Shown here piece by piece: positions 48,889 through 57,380 of a DNA stretch of 64,000 nucleotides. Source of the stretch: Candidatus Spongiisociaceae bacterium (lineage in GTDB: Bacteria > Actinomycetota > Acidimicrobiia > Spongiisociales > Spongiisociaceae). The first letter of the stretch is position 1. Every line of letters begins with the position of its first letter. The notes beneath the pieces are model-generated. The model had not been told where the DNA came from and searched no databases. It saw only the letters and a list, made by a program, of their open reading frames with translations. The position numbers were made by a program, and so were the translations under genes. Location of the stretch: NCBI GenBank assembly GCA_965219685.1, contig CBDCOH010000002.1, positions 672,001 to 736,000 on the forward strand, written 5' to 3'.

Positions 48889-50028
48889 TCAACCCAGGCA
48901 ACACGCCGTAACCGTCTCCCAGGACGGCGCCGTCGGATCGACGAGGTCGTAGTGATCGGCGCCGGTGACCTCGACGAGGCGCGCGCGGTCGCCGGATGCC
49001 ACGGCGGCCGCCACGAAGCGGCGGCTCTGGTCGGGGCTCACGGCGTCGTCCCGGTCACCGTGCACCGCCACGATCGGTACCCCCAGAGGGAGGTTGCGGA
49101 TGGGGTCCACGCGGTGGATGCAAGCATCGAGTTCGTGACCCATGAACCCCGCCAGCAACTCGTCGAAGTCAGTTCGGAGGCTGTGCAGGTCCAGCATCCC
49201 GGCGAGAGAAACGAACCGCTCGGGGCGCCGCCGAGCGTTCTTGGCTGCGAAGAAACCGAGATGTCCCCCGGCCGAGTGGCCGATGACCGTCACGTTGGCG
49301 AGGTCGAGGGGATTGTCGTCAGCGAGTATTCCAAGACTGTCGAGGCCGGCGGCTACGTCACCGAGCGTGCTCCTCCATCCGCCGACCGGTGGGATGCGGC
49401 GGTACTCGATGTTCCAGGTTGCCACGCCGCGGGCGACCAGCGCGACCGCCATCCCGTCCATCGCATCCCGAGTGAACGGTCCGGTCCAGCCTCCTCCGTG
49501 AATCAGAACGGCCACAGGGTGGGGTCCGCGACCGTCGGGGAGGCGCAGGTCTCCGACCTGGTCCGGACGGTCTCCGTAAGCCAGTGTCTTCGGTGGATGG
49601 ATGGACCGGTAGTGGAGGTGAGAAATCGCCGCGAGGTATCCCGCGACGCCCCGACCGAAGATCTGGTAGACGCAGGCGGGCTCGGTCCGTGAGATCCTCC
49701 GCCAGGGCTCCCGCTCGCGGACGTTGGAGATGTGAACCTCGACGGTCTGTATCTCCGCCGCCTCAATGGCGTCGCGCAGCGCGTAGCTGGTGTGCGTGTA
49801 CGCGCCGGGATTGAAGACTATGGCATCGGCGGTATGCCTGGCCTCATGTATGGCGTCTATCAGCGCGCCCTCATGGTTCGACTGGTAGGCCTCGAGGCTG
49901 TGTCCGAACTCCTCCGCCCGTTCACGACACATCTGCTCGACCGCCGGAAGGGTCGTCGCACCGTACAGTTCCGGAGCACGGGTTCCGAGCAAGTTCAGGT
50001 TTGGTCCGTTGAGCAGGAGGATTCGCAT
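48889..50028 (-). CDS. aroQ: type II 3-dehydroquinate dehydratase fused to an alpha/beta-hydrolase
   Basis: N-terminal about 140 aa: LNGPNLNLLG.R.P..YG, NPGAYTHTS.A..DA and EVHISN. C-terminal: HGGGW, GHSAG, HGDRD and DH. Confidence 0.88.
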   Translation of the reverse strand: MRILLLNGPNLNLLGTRAPELYGATTLPAVEQMCRERAEEFGHSLEAYQSNHEGALIDAIHEARHTADAIVFNPGAYTHTSYALRDAIEAAEIQTVEVHISNVREREPWRRISRTEPACVYQIFGRGVAGYLAAISHLHYRSIHPPKTLAYGDRPDQVGDLRLPDGRGPHPVAVLIHGGGWTGPFTRDAMDGMAVALVARGVATWNIEYRRIPPVGGWRSTLGDVAAGLDSLGILADDNPLDLANVTVIGHSAGGHLGFFAAKNARRRPERFVSLAGMLDLHSLRTDFDELLAGFMGHELDACIHRVDPIRNLPLGVPIVAVHGDRDDAVSPDQSRRFVAAAVASGDRARLVEVTGADHYDLVDPTAPSWETVTACCLG

Positions 50029-50038
50029 GATCGGCCAG

Positions 50039-50158
50039 ATTAGTCTGTAGTTGTTAGTCTGTAGTCTCTGGTTTTTAGTGGTGTTGTACAGTTGTCGACT
50101 ACCGACTACCGACTACCGACTACCGACTACCGACTACCGACTACCGACTACCGACTAA
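50039..50158. repeat. paired heptamer array: degenerate TGTAGTC-type left arm / (CGACTAC)x8 CGACTAA
   Basis: Eight perfect units at 50096-50151; the last unit contains the minus-strand TAG stop (50155-50157). Confidence 0.95.
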
Positions 50159-50979
50159 TCCAAGCCGTACCACTCCACGGCTTCGGGAGTCAGGAAATCC
50201 CGGATACCGTTGACGATCCACTCGTGCCCCATGTCCTGGAACGCGAACACGCCGTCCGCGCCCTCACCCATGGGCGCCCCGCGGGCGAACATCGTTAGCG
50301 TCAGGAAGTGGGTTCCGTCCCCGGAGCCGGCGGTTTCCAGGCGCCCGTAGAGTCGCCCGACGCGTCGATCGTCGGTGTCGCGAATGACGTATTGAGTGAT
50401 GATCCGCATCGCTTCCAGATCGGGTAGGTAGGACCCGGGCTGTTGCGAGAAAATCCGTGCAACACGGCCCAAGCCGCTCGGATCCTCCCAGTGCCCACCC
50501 GCCTGTAGCTGAAGGCGGTAGCTGATCTCACACTGGAGGGGCTTGAAGTCGCCCAGGTCGGTGTCCCGTACGAAGTCGATGAAGTGGTGCAGGGACTCGA
50601 CGAAGTACCCGCGTAGGGCCGCGTAACCCGGGTAGGGGGGGACTGCCCCGTTTCCGGAATCCTGTACGGTCAAGCGCCAGTTCCGGGCGAACCAGTTGCG
50701 CTGGACCTGTACCAAGCCGCTGGCATCGCCGGTGCTGAACCACCGGCGGATGTTGGTGATCGGGCTGGCAGACGGTAGTGCAGCCAGCCCACCCTCTGGT
50801 GCTTCGATGAACGGCTTGTGAGGAGCCTTCTCTTCGTCGTTGGGGAACTGTTCGGCGTACTTCGCGGCGTGCAGATCGTCGAGTTCATACCGGAGGAGAC
50901 GGTGGAACTCCTCGAAGCCGACACTGAAGGCCACCTCGACCAGCGCGGGGGTGGAGGACTCTTGAAAGTCAACGGGCAC
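50155..50979 (-). CDS. TIGR04255-like sporadically distributed protein
   Basis: P.LVEV.F.V.F, FP, R.WF......LVQVQ...F..NWR, YP.Y and CEI.Y patterns match this family from memory. GTG start follows GGGGAG. Confidence 0.72.
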   Translation of the reverse strand: MPVDFQESSTPALVEVAFSVGFEEFHRLLRYELDDLHAAKYAEQFPNDEEKAPHKPFIEAPEGGLAALPSASPITNIRRWFSTGDASGLVQVQRNWFARNWRLTVQDSGNGAVPPYPGYAALRGYFVESLHHFIDFVRDTDLGDFKPLQCEISYRLQLQAGGHWEDPSGLGRVARIFSQQPGSYLPDLEAMRIITQYVIRDTDDRRVGRLYGRLETAGSGDGTHFLTLTMFARGAPMGEGADGVFAFQDMGHEWIVNGIRDFLTPEAVEWYGLD

Positions 50980-51032
50980 GAGGGCTCCCCAAGGTGTTGC
51001 TGAAGAATGCCGGGTGAGAATACCAGTGTCCT

Positions 51033-51088
51033 GGTGAGTGGTGAATGGTGAATGGTGAATGGTGAATGGTGAATGGTGAATGGTGAAC
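51033..51088. repeat. heptamer array GGTGAGT (GGTGAAT)x6 GGTGAAC
   Basis: Eight units in the divergent gap; weak C-rich remnants follow (GACTACC near 51106). Confidence 0.95.
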
Positions 51089-51224
51089 AACTCTTGACGG
51101 TACTCGACTACCGAGCTAGGACCGGGCCACGACGAGCCGGAGTGGTAGCCGTTCACTTGGTAACTGGCACCTGACCCCCGGTTAGGCTGGAGACCGTCAA
51201 CGAGGAGCCTGAGGAGGTCCGAAC

Positions 51225-51992
51225 ATGGGGGTGTCGGGGCGGGTGGCCGTTGTCACCGGGGCTGCTTCGGGTCAAGGCCGCGCCACTGCGTGTCGCCTGG
51301 CCGAAGAGGGAGCGTTGGTGGGTGCGATGGATATAGATCTCGCTGGCCTGGACGGTCTGGTCAACGAGATTTCCGCTATGGGAGGTCGGTGCGTCGCGCT
51401 TCCGGTCGACGTATCCGACCCATCTGCCGTTGGGGAGGCCTTCGATGAGATCGAATCCGAGTTGGGCCGCGCGTACGTGCTTGCCGCCGCGGCGGCAATC
51501 TACCCCCAGGCAGCTCTGTCGCACCTACGCGATCCCCGGGAGACGGCGAAGGTCTTCGATGTGAACCTGATGGGGGTGATCCACTGCGCGAGTGCCGCGA
51601 CCAGGCAGATGATCGATGAGGGCGCCGGAGGGCGGATCATCCTGTGGTCGTCGATCGGGGCAGGTGCCGTGATAGCGGGCCATGCCGCCTACTGCGCAGG
51701 GAAGGCGGCCATCGAAGGGCTGGGACGGGCGTTGGCGGCTGAGCTCGGTCCTTACGGCATCACCGTCAACACCATCGCTCCCGGAGCCATAGACACACCG
51801 ATGATCTCCGATGTACCGCCCGACCCTGCCTACTTCGAGATCCTGCCGGTCGGCCGGGTGGGTAGGCCCGACGAGGTGGCCCACCTTGTCAGCTACCTGT
51901 GTTCGGACGGGTCGGCATTCATGACGGGAGCCGTTCTGGCGCTTGACGGAGGCCTGAGCGGAGTCAACGGGGCAGTGCGGCCGGAACTCTGA
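51225..51992 (+). CDS. short-chain dehydrogenase/reductase (NAD-preferring)
   Basis: TGAASGQG, acidic D after beta2, YCAGK, VN.IAPG.IDTPM and DGG. Confidence 0.93.
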   Translation: MGVSGRVAVVTGAASGQGRATACRLAEEGALVGAMDIDLAGLDGLVNEISAMGGRCVALPVDVSDPSAVGEAFDEIESELGRAYVLAAAAAIYPQAALSHLRDPRETAKVFDVNLMGVIHCASAATRQMIDEGAGGRIILWSSIGAGAVIAGHAAYCAGKAAIEGLGRALAAELGPYGITVNTIAPGAIDTPMISDVPPDPAYFEILPVGRVGRPDEVAHLVSYLCSDGSAFMTGAVLALDGGLSGVNGAVRPEL

Positions 51993-52049
51993 CCTGACCG
52001 GCCGGGTGGCGCTGCGAACACTTACCCACTTCGACACGGAGAGGAACGC

Positions 52050-53069
52050 ATGAAGAACGCGGTTTCGGTTACCGGCCTCGTCCCAGCCGACCAGATCGGT
52101 AGAACCCTTCCCCACGAGCACCTGTTCGCGACCATGACCTATGCTTTCCCGGCCGCCAACGAGGACGCATACCGGCCCATAACCGTCGACCGGTTGGGCG
52201 AGATCCGCTCCGATCTGATGACCAACGTCAACAACATCCACCTCGACAGCAGTTGCGGCCAGGCGCTCGAGTTGAAGAAGGCGGCCGATGCGGGCATCGA
52301 CACGCTGGTCGAGTTGACCACCGAACCCATCGGGAGGAACCCGGAGAGGATGGTGGAGGTCTCCGAGTACACGGGGGTGAACGTGATCTCGGGCACCGGC
52401 CAGTACCTGGCTCACCACCAGCGTCCCTGGGCCCTGGCGGCCAGCCGGGAGGAGTTGGCCGAGCTTATGATCCGGGAACTGACGGAAGGCATCGGCAACA
52501 CAGGAATCCGCACCGGGGTGATCGGGGAGATCGGGCTCTACGAGCCGGTCCGTCCGGAGGAATTGAAGGTGCTCCAAGCGGCTGTTCTTGCCCAGCGCGC
52601 GACGGGAGCCCCGCTGTGGGTGCACCTGATGAACGTTCCGGTAGTCGACGATGCCTTGGCAGTGTTCGACGAGTACGAGCCGATCTATGAGAAGACCGCC
52701 TTCTGCCACATGGACTTCGACATCCGGGACCTGACATGGCATGAACGAGCGATGGACAGGGGTATCTCGGTGGAGTTCGACTTCTTCGGGTCCGTCTGGC
52801 TTGCCATCGACCACTACATCCATTGCCCGACCGACCCGCAACGCCTGGCGGTGCTGGCCGACTGGTCGGAGCGGGGCTATGCCGACCGGGTCCTGATCAG
52901 CCACGATGTCTGCAGCAGGGTGCAGTTCACCTCCCACGGAGGCTACGGATATGCCTACATCCCTACGATCGTTCCCCGCCTCATGGACCAGATGGGCATC
53001 GACAGGGAACTCCTGGACATCTGGATGATCGACACCCCGCGGCGCTTGCTGGCTTGGGCGGAAAGATAG
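52050..53069 (+). CDS. phosphotriesterase-related (PTER/PHP-type) amidohydrolase
   Basis: HEHL, GVIGEIG (Glu bridging ligand), VH, CHMD, EFDFFG, ISHD and GG.GY. Confidence 0.9.
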   Translation: MKNAVSVTGLVPADQIGRTLPHEHLFATMTYAFPAANEDAYRPITVDRLGEIRSDLMTNVNNIHLDSSCGQALELKKAADAGIDTLVELTTEPIGRNPERMVEVSEYTGVNVISGTGQYLAHHQRPWALAASREELAELMIRELTEGIGNTGIRTGVIGEIGLYEPVRPEELKVLQAAVLAQRATGAPLWVHLMNVPVVDDALAVFDEYEPIYEKTAFCHMDFDIRDLTWHERAMDRGISVEFDFFGSVWLAIDHYIHCPTDPQRLAVLADWSERGYADRVLISHDVCSRVQFTSHGGYGYAYIPTIVPRLMDQMGIDRELLDIWMIDTPRRLLAWAER

Positions 53070-53072
53070 GGT

Positions 53073-53170
53073 GGTGAGTGGTGAGTGGTGAGTGGTGAGT
53101 GGTGAGTGGTGAGTGGTGAGTGGTGAGTGGTGAGTGGTGAGTGGTGAGTGGTGAGTGGTGAGTGGTGGAA
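53073..53170. repeat. perfect heptamer array (GGTGAGT)x13
   Basis: Thirteen perfect units at 53073-53163 plus GGTGGAA, starting 3 bp after a stop codon. Confidence 0.98.
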
Positions 53171-53306
53171 CGGTGTGTTCTCGGGCTTACGGATCCATAA
53201 GCTACAACCATAAGTAAAGGGTTAGCTCTCCATAGCCCGCATGCTCAGGGGGTTACTTGGTGGTTGGGCTGGGGATCGATGGTGGCGAGCCTGAGTTCAG
53301 GTACCG

Positions 53307-54395
53307 TTAGCGCCAGTCGAGGAGGACGCCGATCATGTCACGTTCTGCGGCGTCCAGATCGGCGAACGCGGTATCTATGTCCCCGGCAGGGTAGGTGTCT
53401 GTGTGCATGGCTCCGAGGGGAAGCCTGCCCCTCAGGTAGAGCTCGAACAGGTACTTGACGTTCGCAATCGACGTGAAGCGGGTCAGGCGCTTGGCCGGGT
53501 CCTCGTACGGTGCGTTGCTGGTTCCGAGGATCGACGCCTGCTTGTTGTAGAAGTCGGCGGAGAGCAACGGTCCGGCATCTTCGGGATGGAGGGCGATGGC
53601 GACCATGCGTCCCTGGTCGTCGAGGATGCGCATGCCCAGATCGAGCGGCGCCGGTCCCACCGCTGCTTCCACCACGATGTCGATCCCGAAGGGCTGGAAG
53701 CGTTCCATCAACGCTTCCTCGAAACCGTCCTCCGTGGGGTCGAGGACCAGCGCTCCCGGAAGTGCCGCCGCAGCCCGCTCGCGCCGCGTGAGATTGATTT
53801 CCAGACAGGTGAGGTAGGCGCCTATGGCGTCGGCCACCAGTGCAGCGCCCAAGCCGATCAGGCCCAGCCCGATCACCGCCACGTTGAGACCGGGGGTGAA
53901 ACCGCCCCGGCGGAGGGCGTGCAGCCCCAGGGTGGGGAGATACGCGAACGGTGCGATCGCGGTGGGAACCCCGTCGGGTATCTTGATGGCCTGCCACTCC
54001 CGGGAGTCGAGGATCGGCTGGTGCCTCGATTGGGAGAATACGCGGTCGCCTTCGACGAGTGTTCGAACACCGTCGCCGATCTCGATCACCTCTCCGACGA
54101 GGTTGTAACCGCAGTTGACCGGGTACTTGGCGCCTGAGGGCTGGTTGCGGCTGGTGATCCGGTAATCGGGTATCACCCCCATCCCCTCAGTGGTGGCGAC
54201 ATCGAGGTCGGCGAAGCTGTCCCACACCGACTCGACCATGGGATCCCCGCGGTACAGGCGGAGGGAGGTGCCCGGGCTGATGAGGCTGACGAGGGTGCGT
54301 ATGCGGACCTTCCCGGGTTCGACGTGGTCGGGGAGCGTGACGGGGGTCCACTCGAACCGGCCGGGTTCCACGATCAGAGGTCGGTCGACCTTCAT
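53307..54395 (-). CDS. medium-chain dehydrogenase/reductase family oxidoreductase
   Basis: GroES-like N-terminus (SLISPGT, YP...GY..VG.V...G..V....GDRV) and Rossmann GLGLIG. Confidence 0.85.
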   Translation of the reverse strand: MKVDRPLIVEPGRFEWTPVTLPDHVEPGKVRIRTLVSLISPGTSLRLYRGDPMVESVWDSFADLDVATTEGMGVIPDYRITSRNQPSGAKYPVNCGYNLVGEVIEIGDGVRTLVEGDRVFSQSRHQPILDSREWQAIKIPDGVPTAIAPFAYLPTLGLHALRRGGFTPGLNVAVIGLGLIGLGAALVADAIGAYLTCLEINLTRRERAAAALPGALVLDPTEDGFEEALMERFQPFGIDIVVEAAVGPAPLDLGMRILDDQGRMVAIALHPEDAGPLLSADFYNKQASILGTSNAPYEDPAKRLTRFTSIANVKYLFELYLRGRLPLGAMHTDTYPAGDIDTAFADLDAAERDMIGVLLDWR

Positions 54396-54411
54396 AGTCG
54401 TCCCTCTCCTT

Positions 54412-55440
54412 CTATTGGTCTGTCAAGTCGGGGTCTTCCGGGAAGTAGCAGTGCACCTCGTGGCCCTCCACCGGGATGTCCGCCGGGGGGAACTCCCCCG
54501 CGCACACCTCCTCGGTCTTCCAGCACCGGGTCCGGAAGGGACACCCGGTCGGAGGGTGCCGGGGGTTCGGAAGGGTACCTTCCAGGATGATCCGTTCGCT
54601 GCTCTTCGTGATCATCGGGCTGGCCGAGAGCAACGCCCGTGTGTAGGGGTGGAGCCGGTGGTCCCTCACCTCGGACACGGGTCCTTCCTCCACCTTGTGT
54701 CCCAGGTACATCACCGCCACGCGGTCGACCAGCCAGGAGACTGCCTGGATGTTGTGGCTGATCAGGATCACTGAGAGGCTGAGGGCATCGCGGAGCTCCG
54801 CGAGCAGATTGAGGATCTGGTTCTGGACGCTGACATCGAGGGCCGAAGTCGGCTCGTCGGCCACCAGCAGCGAAGGGTTCAGGGATAGCGCACGGGCGAT
54901 CGCCACCCGCTGGCGCTGGCCTCCCGACAGTTCGGAGGGGAGCTTGTCCGCCGCGTCCCGGGGAAGGTGCACCATGTCGAGTAGCTCTTGCACTCTTACG
55001 TCCCGTGCCGCCTTGTCGCCGACATCGTGGATGATCAGCGGGTCGGCCAGGGTGTCCTTCACCTTCAGGCGGGGGTTGAGGCTCGAGGTGGGATCCTGGA
55101 ACACGATTGCCACCTGCCGGGCGAAGTTGCGGCGGCGCCACCTGGCCGGCTGGGCCCACACATCGGTTCCGTCGTAAATGATCCGTCCCGCGGTGGGTCG
55201 GATCAGCCCGACCACGCAGCGGGCCACGGTGGACTTGCCGCATCCCGACTCGCCCACCAGTCCGAGGGCCTCGCCAGGGGCCACCGTCAATGAGAGATCC
55301 TCCACTGCGTGGACCTTCTGCCGTCTGGGAGCCCGGTAATGGTGGACGAGATTCTCCAACCGGAGCAGGACGTCAGGACTGGGGGTTGCTCTTTCCTGGC
55401 CGCCACGGACAGTGACGGTGGGGGCGGGCCGGGATGTCAT
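54412..55440 (-). CDS. peptide/nickel ABC transporter ATP-binding protein (OppF-like)
   Basis: GESGCGKST, LSGGQRQR, ADEPTSALD, HPYT and C-terminal Cys cluster. Confidence 0.95.
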   Translation of the reverse strand: MTSRPAPTVTVRGGQERATPSPDVLLRLENLVHHYRAPRRQKVHAVEDLSLTVAPGEALGLVGESGCGKSTVARCVVGLIRPTAGRIIYDGTDVWAQPARWRRRNFARQVAIVFQDPTSSLNPRLKVKDTLADPLIIHDVGDKAARDVRVQELLDMVHLPRDAADKLPSELSGGQRQRVAIARALSLNPSLLVADEPTSALDVSVQNQILNLLAELRDALSLSVILISHNIQAVSWLVDRVAVMYLGHKVEEGPVSEVRDHRLHPYTRALLSASPMITKSSERIILEGTLPNPRHPPTGCPFRTRCWKTEEVCAGEFPPADIPVEGHEVHCYFPEDPDLTDQ

Positions 55441-56432
55441 CCGACGGCTCCTGCGTTTGCAGCGGTTCCTCCGACCGGGAAGTAGCAGGCCAGGTCGTGG
55501 CGATCGCCGACGGCCTCCAAAGGTGGGGGAGTCGTGATGCACGGGTCGCCGGCGTTGGCGCAGCGCTCGACGAACCGGCACCCGGGAGAGAACTCGAGGG
55601 GACTCGGAACAACCCCGTCTATCGAACGGGCGGGCCGCTCCTTCGCTTCCAGGCTCACGATCGAACCCAGCAGCCCCGCTGCGTACGGGTGCCGGGGATG
55701 GCGGACCAGTTCCTCGGTGTGGGCCGCCTCCACAAGCTGCCCGGCGTACATGACCATGGTGCGCTCGCACAACTCCTTCACCAGGGCCAGGTTGTGGGTG
55801 ATGAGGATGGTCGTGAAGGACAACTCGGCCTGCAAGGAACGCAACAGTTCGACTATCTGGGCCTGAACGGTCTCGTCGAGGGCCGTGGTGGGCTCGTCAC
55901 CGATCAGGATGGAGGGGCGGCGGGCGAGGGCCAGGGCGATGAGAACCCGCTGCCGCTGCCCCCCGGACAGCTGGAACGGGTAGGCGGCGGCTATGGCCTT
56001 CGGGTTGGGTAGGTGCACCAGCTCCAGCAATTCGTACATGCGCTCGCCCCTGTGGTCGCCGTCGAGCCGGAGCGCCTGCCGCAACTGGGCCTTGACCGTC
56101 ATACCGGGGTTCAGGCTCATCAGCGGGTCCTGGTACACCATGCCGATCTCCCGGCCCATCAGGTTGCGTCGCTCCGTGGGGGACAGCTTCAGTACATCCT
56201 GGCCCTTCCAACGGATGGAACCCGTGGCCTCCACCAGTCGCGGTAGCAGGCCGATGACGGACAGACCGGTCAGCGTCTTCCCGCACCCGGACTCGCCCAC
56301 GATTCCCAGGTTCTCGCCCTCCAGCACCGAGAACGACACCCCCGACACGACCGGCGTGTTCCCGTACGCATGCCGGATATGGATATTGAGGTCCTCGACC
56401 TCCAGGATCGGATTGCCCGCCGCTGCGTTCAT
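55437..56432 (-). CDS. peptide/nickel ABC transporter ATP-binding protein (OppD-like)
   Basis: GESGCGKT, LSGGQRQR, DEPTTALD and HPY. Confidence 0.95.
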   Translation of the reverse strand: MNAAAGNPILEVEDLNIHIRHAYGNTPVVSGVSFSVLEGENLGIVGESGCGKTLTGLSVIGLLPRLVEATGSIRWKGQDVLKLSPTERRNLMGREIGMVYQDPLMSLNPGMTVKAQLRQALRLDGDHRGERMYELLELVHLPNPKAIAAAYPFQLSGGQRQRVLIALALARRPSILIGDEPTTALDETVQAQIVELLRSLQAELSFTTILITHNLALVKELCERTMVMYAGQLVEAAHTEELVRHPRHPYAAGLLGSIVSLEAKERPARSIDGVVPSPLEFSPGCRFVERCANAGDPCITTPPPLEAVGDRHDLACYFPVGGTAANAGAVG

Positions 56433-57379
56433 CACTGCCCCAGCAAGTGCCGTCTGCCGCCGAGGCGGTCCGCCATGCTCTCCGCCACCGTATTTAGCGA
56501 CAGAACCGTGAGGAAGATGGCGAGACCGGGGAAAGTCGTGTACCACCAAGTGCCCGCTATCAGGTACTGGGAGCCGCCGTAGACCAGATTCCCCCAGGTG
56601 GGGGCAGGGGGAGGAAGGCCGGCTCCGAGGAAGCTGATGGAGGCTTCCAATATGACCGCGTCCGCCGCCACCAGCGTGAAGAACACCAGTAGAGGCGTGG
56701 CGATGTTCAGGGACACATGGCGCAGCAGGATGCGGAGTTGCGAACTCCCCATAGCCCTGAGGGCGGAGACGTAGTCCTCGCCCAGCTGGTCGAGGACCGC
56801 CGCGCGGATGTATCGGGCCATGATCGGGGTGTAAACAACGGTTAGGACCAGCAACAGGGTCCGGAATGACTGCCCGAATGCCGACGACACCACCACGGCC
56901 AGCACCACGGCCGGGAACGCGAACTGTATGTCCACCAGGCGCATCAGCACGTCGTTGATCCACCTGAGTCTTCGATTCCGGGATGTGGAGGCGGCCACCA
57001 TCCCGATCGTGCCTCCCAGGATCAGGGCCAGCACCGGGGTCATGACGGCCACGAGAGCCGACATCCTCGATCCATGGATCACCCTGGACAGGATGTCCCG
57101 TGCGATCTCGTCAGACCCGAAGATGTGCTCCGGCCAATCGGGGCCCGTGTTGGGAGAGGTCAGGCCCACCGTGTAGGGGTCGTAGGGAGACAGCCAGTGG
57201 GCGAAGATCGCAACCAGCACTACGAACACCACCCAGGCCAACCCCAGCTTGGCCCGGAATGGCAGCCTTCCCATCTTCACCGGACCAGCGGGAGCAGCCT
57301 CCATCGCAGCTTCCACCGACTTGGGGCCGAACCTGATCCGAGGCCGGCGCCGGGGGTTGGAGTCGCGTGCTTCACTCAC
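56432..57379 (-). CDS. peptide ABC transporter permease (OppC-like)
   Basis: H.FG.D..ARD.LSR.I.G.R.S, EAA-like loop, EAS.SFLG.G..PP.P.WG and FPG. Confidence 0.94.
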   Translation of the reverse strand: MSEARDSNPRRRPRIRFGPKSVEAAMEAAPAGPVKMGRLPFRAKLGLAWVVFVVLVAIFAHWLSPYDPYTVGLTSPNTGPDWPEHIFGSDEIARDILSRVIHGSRMSALVAVMTPVLALILGGTIGMVAASTSRNRRLRWINDVLMRLVDIQFAFPAVVLAVVVSSAFGQSFRTLLLVLTVVYTPIMARYIRAAVLDQLGEDYVSALRAMGSSQLRILLRHVSLNIATPLLVFFTLVAADAVILEASISFLGAGLPPPAPTWGNLVYGGSQYLIAGTWWYTTFPGLAIFLTVLSLNTVAESMADRLGGRRHLLGQ

Positions 57380-57380
57380 G

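Noticed and set aside
53073-53163. Possible CRISPR array
   Set aside because: Pure 7-bp tandem repeat with no spacers, and no cas genes in the window.
52981-53211. ORFs or N-terminal extensions with HHSPLTT, HHSPFTI or TTDYRLP heptapeptide repeats (also 479-775, 20797-21216, 50092-50298, 50980-51156)
   Set aside because: They are translations of the stop-free C-rich strand of the DNA heptamer arrays, with no RBS or domain support.
53185-53260. dif (XerCD) site
   Set aside because: It lacks a TTATGT-type XerD arm at the right spacing.
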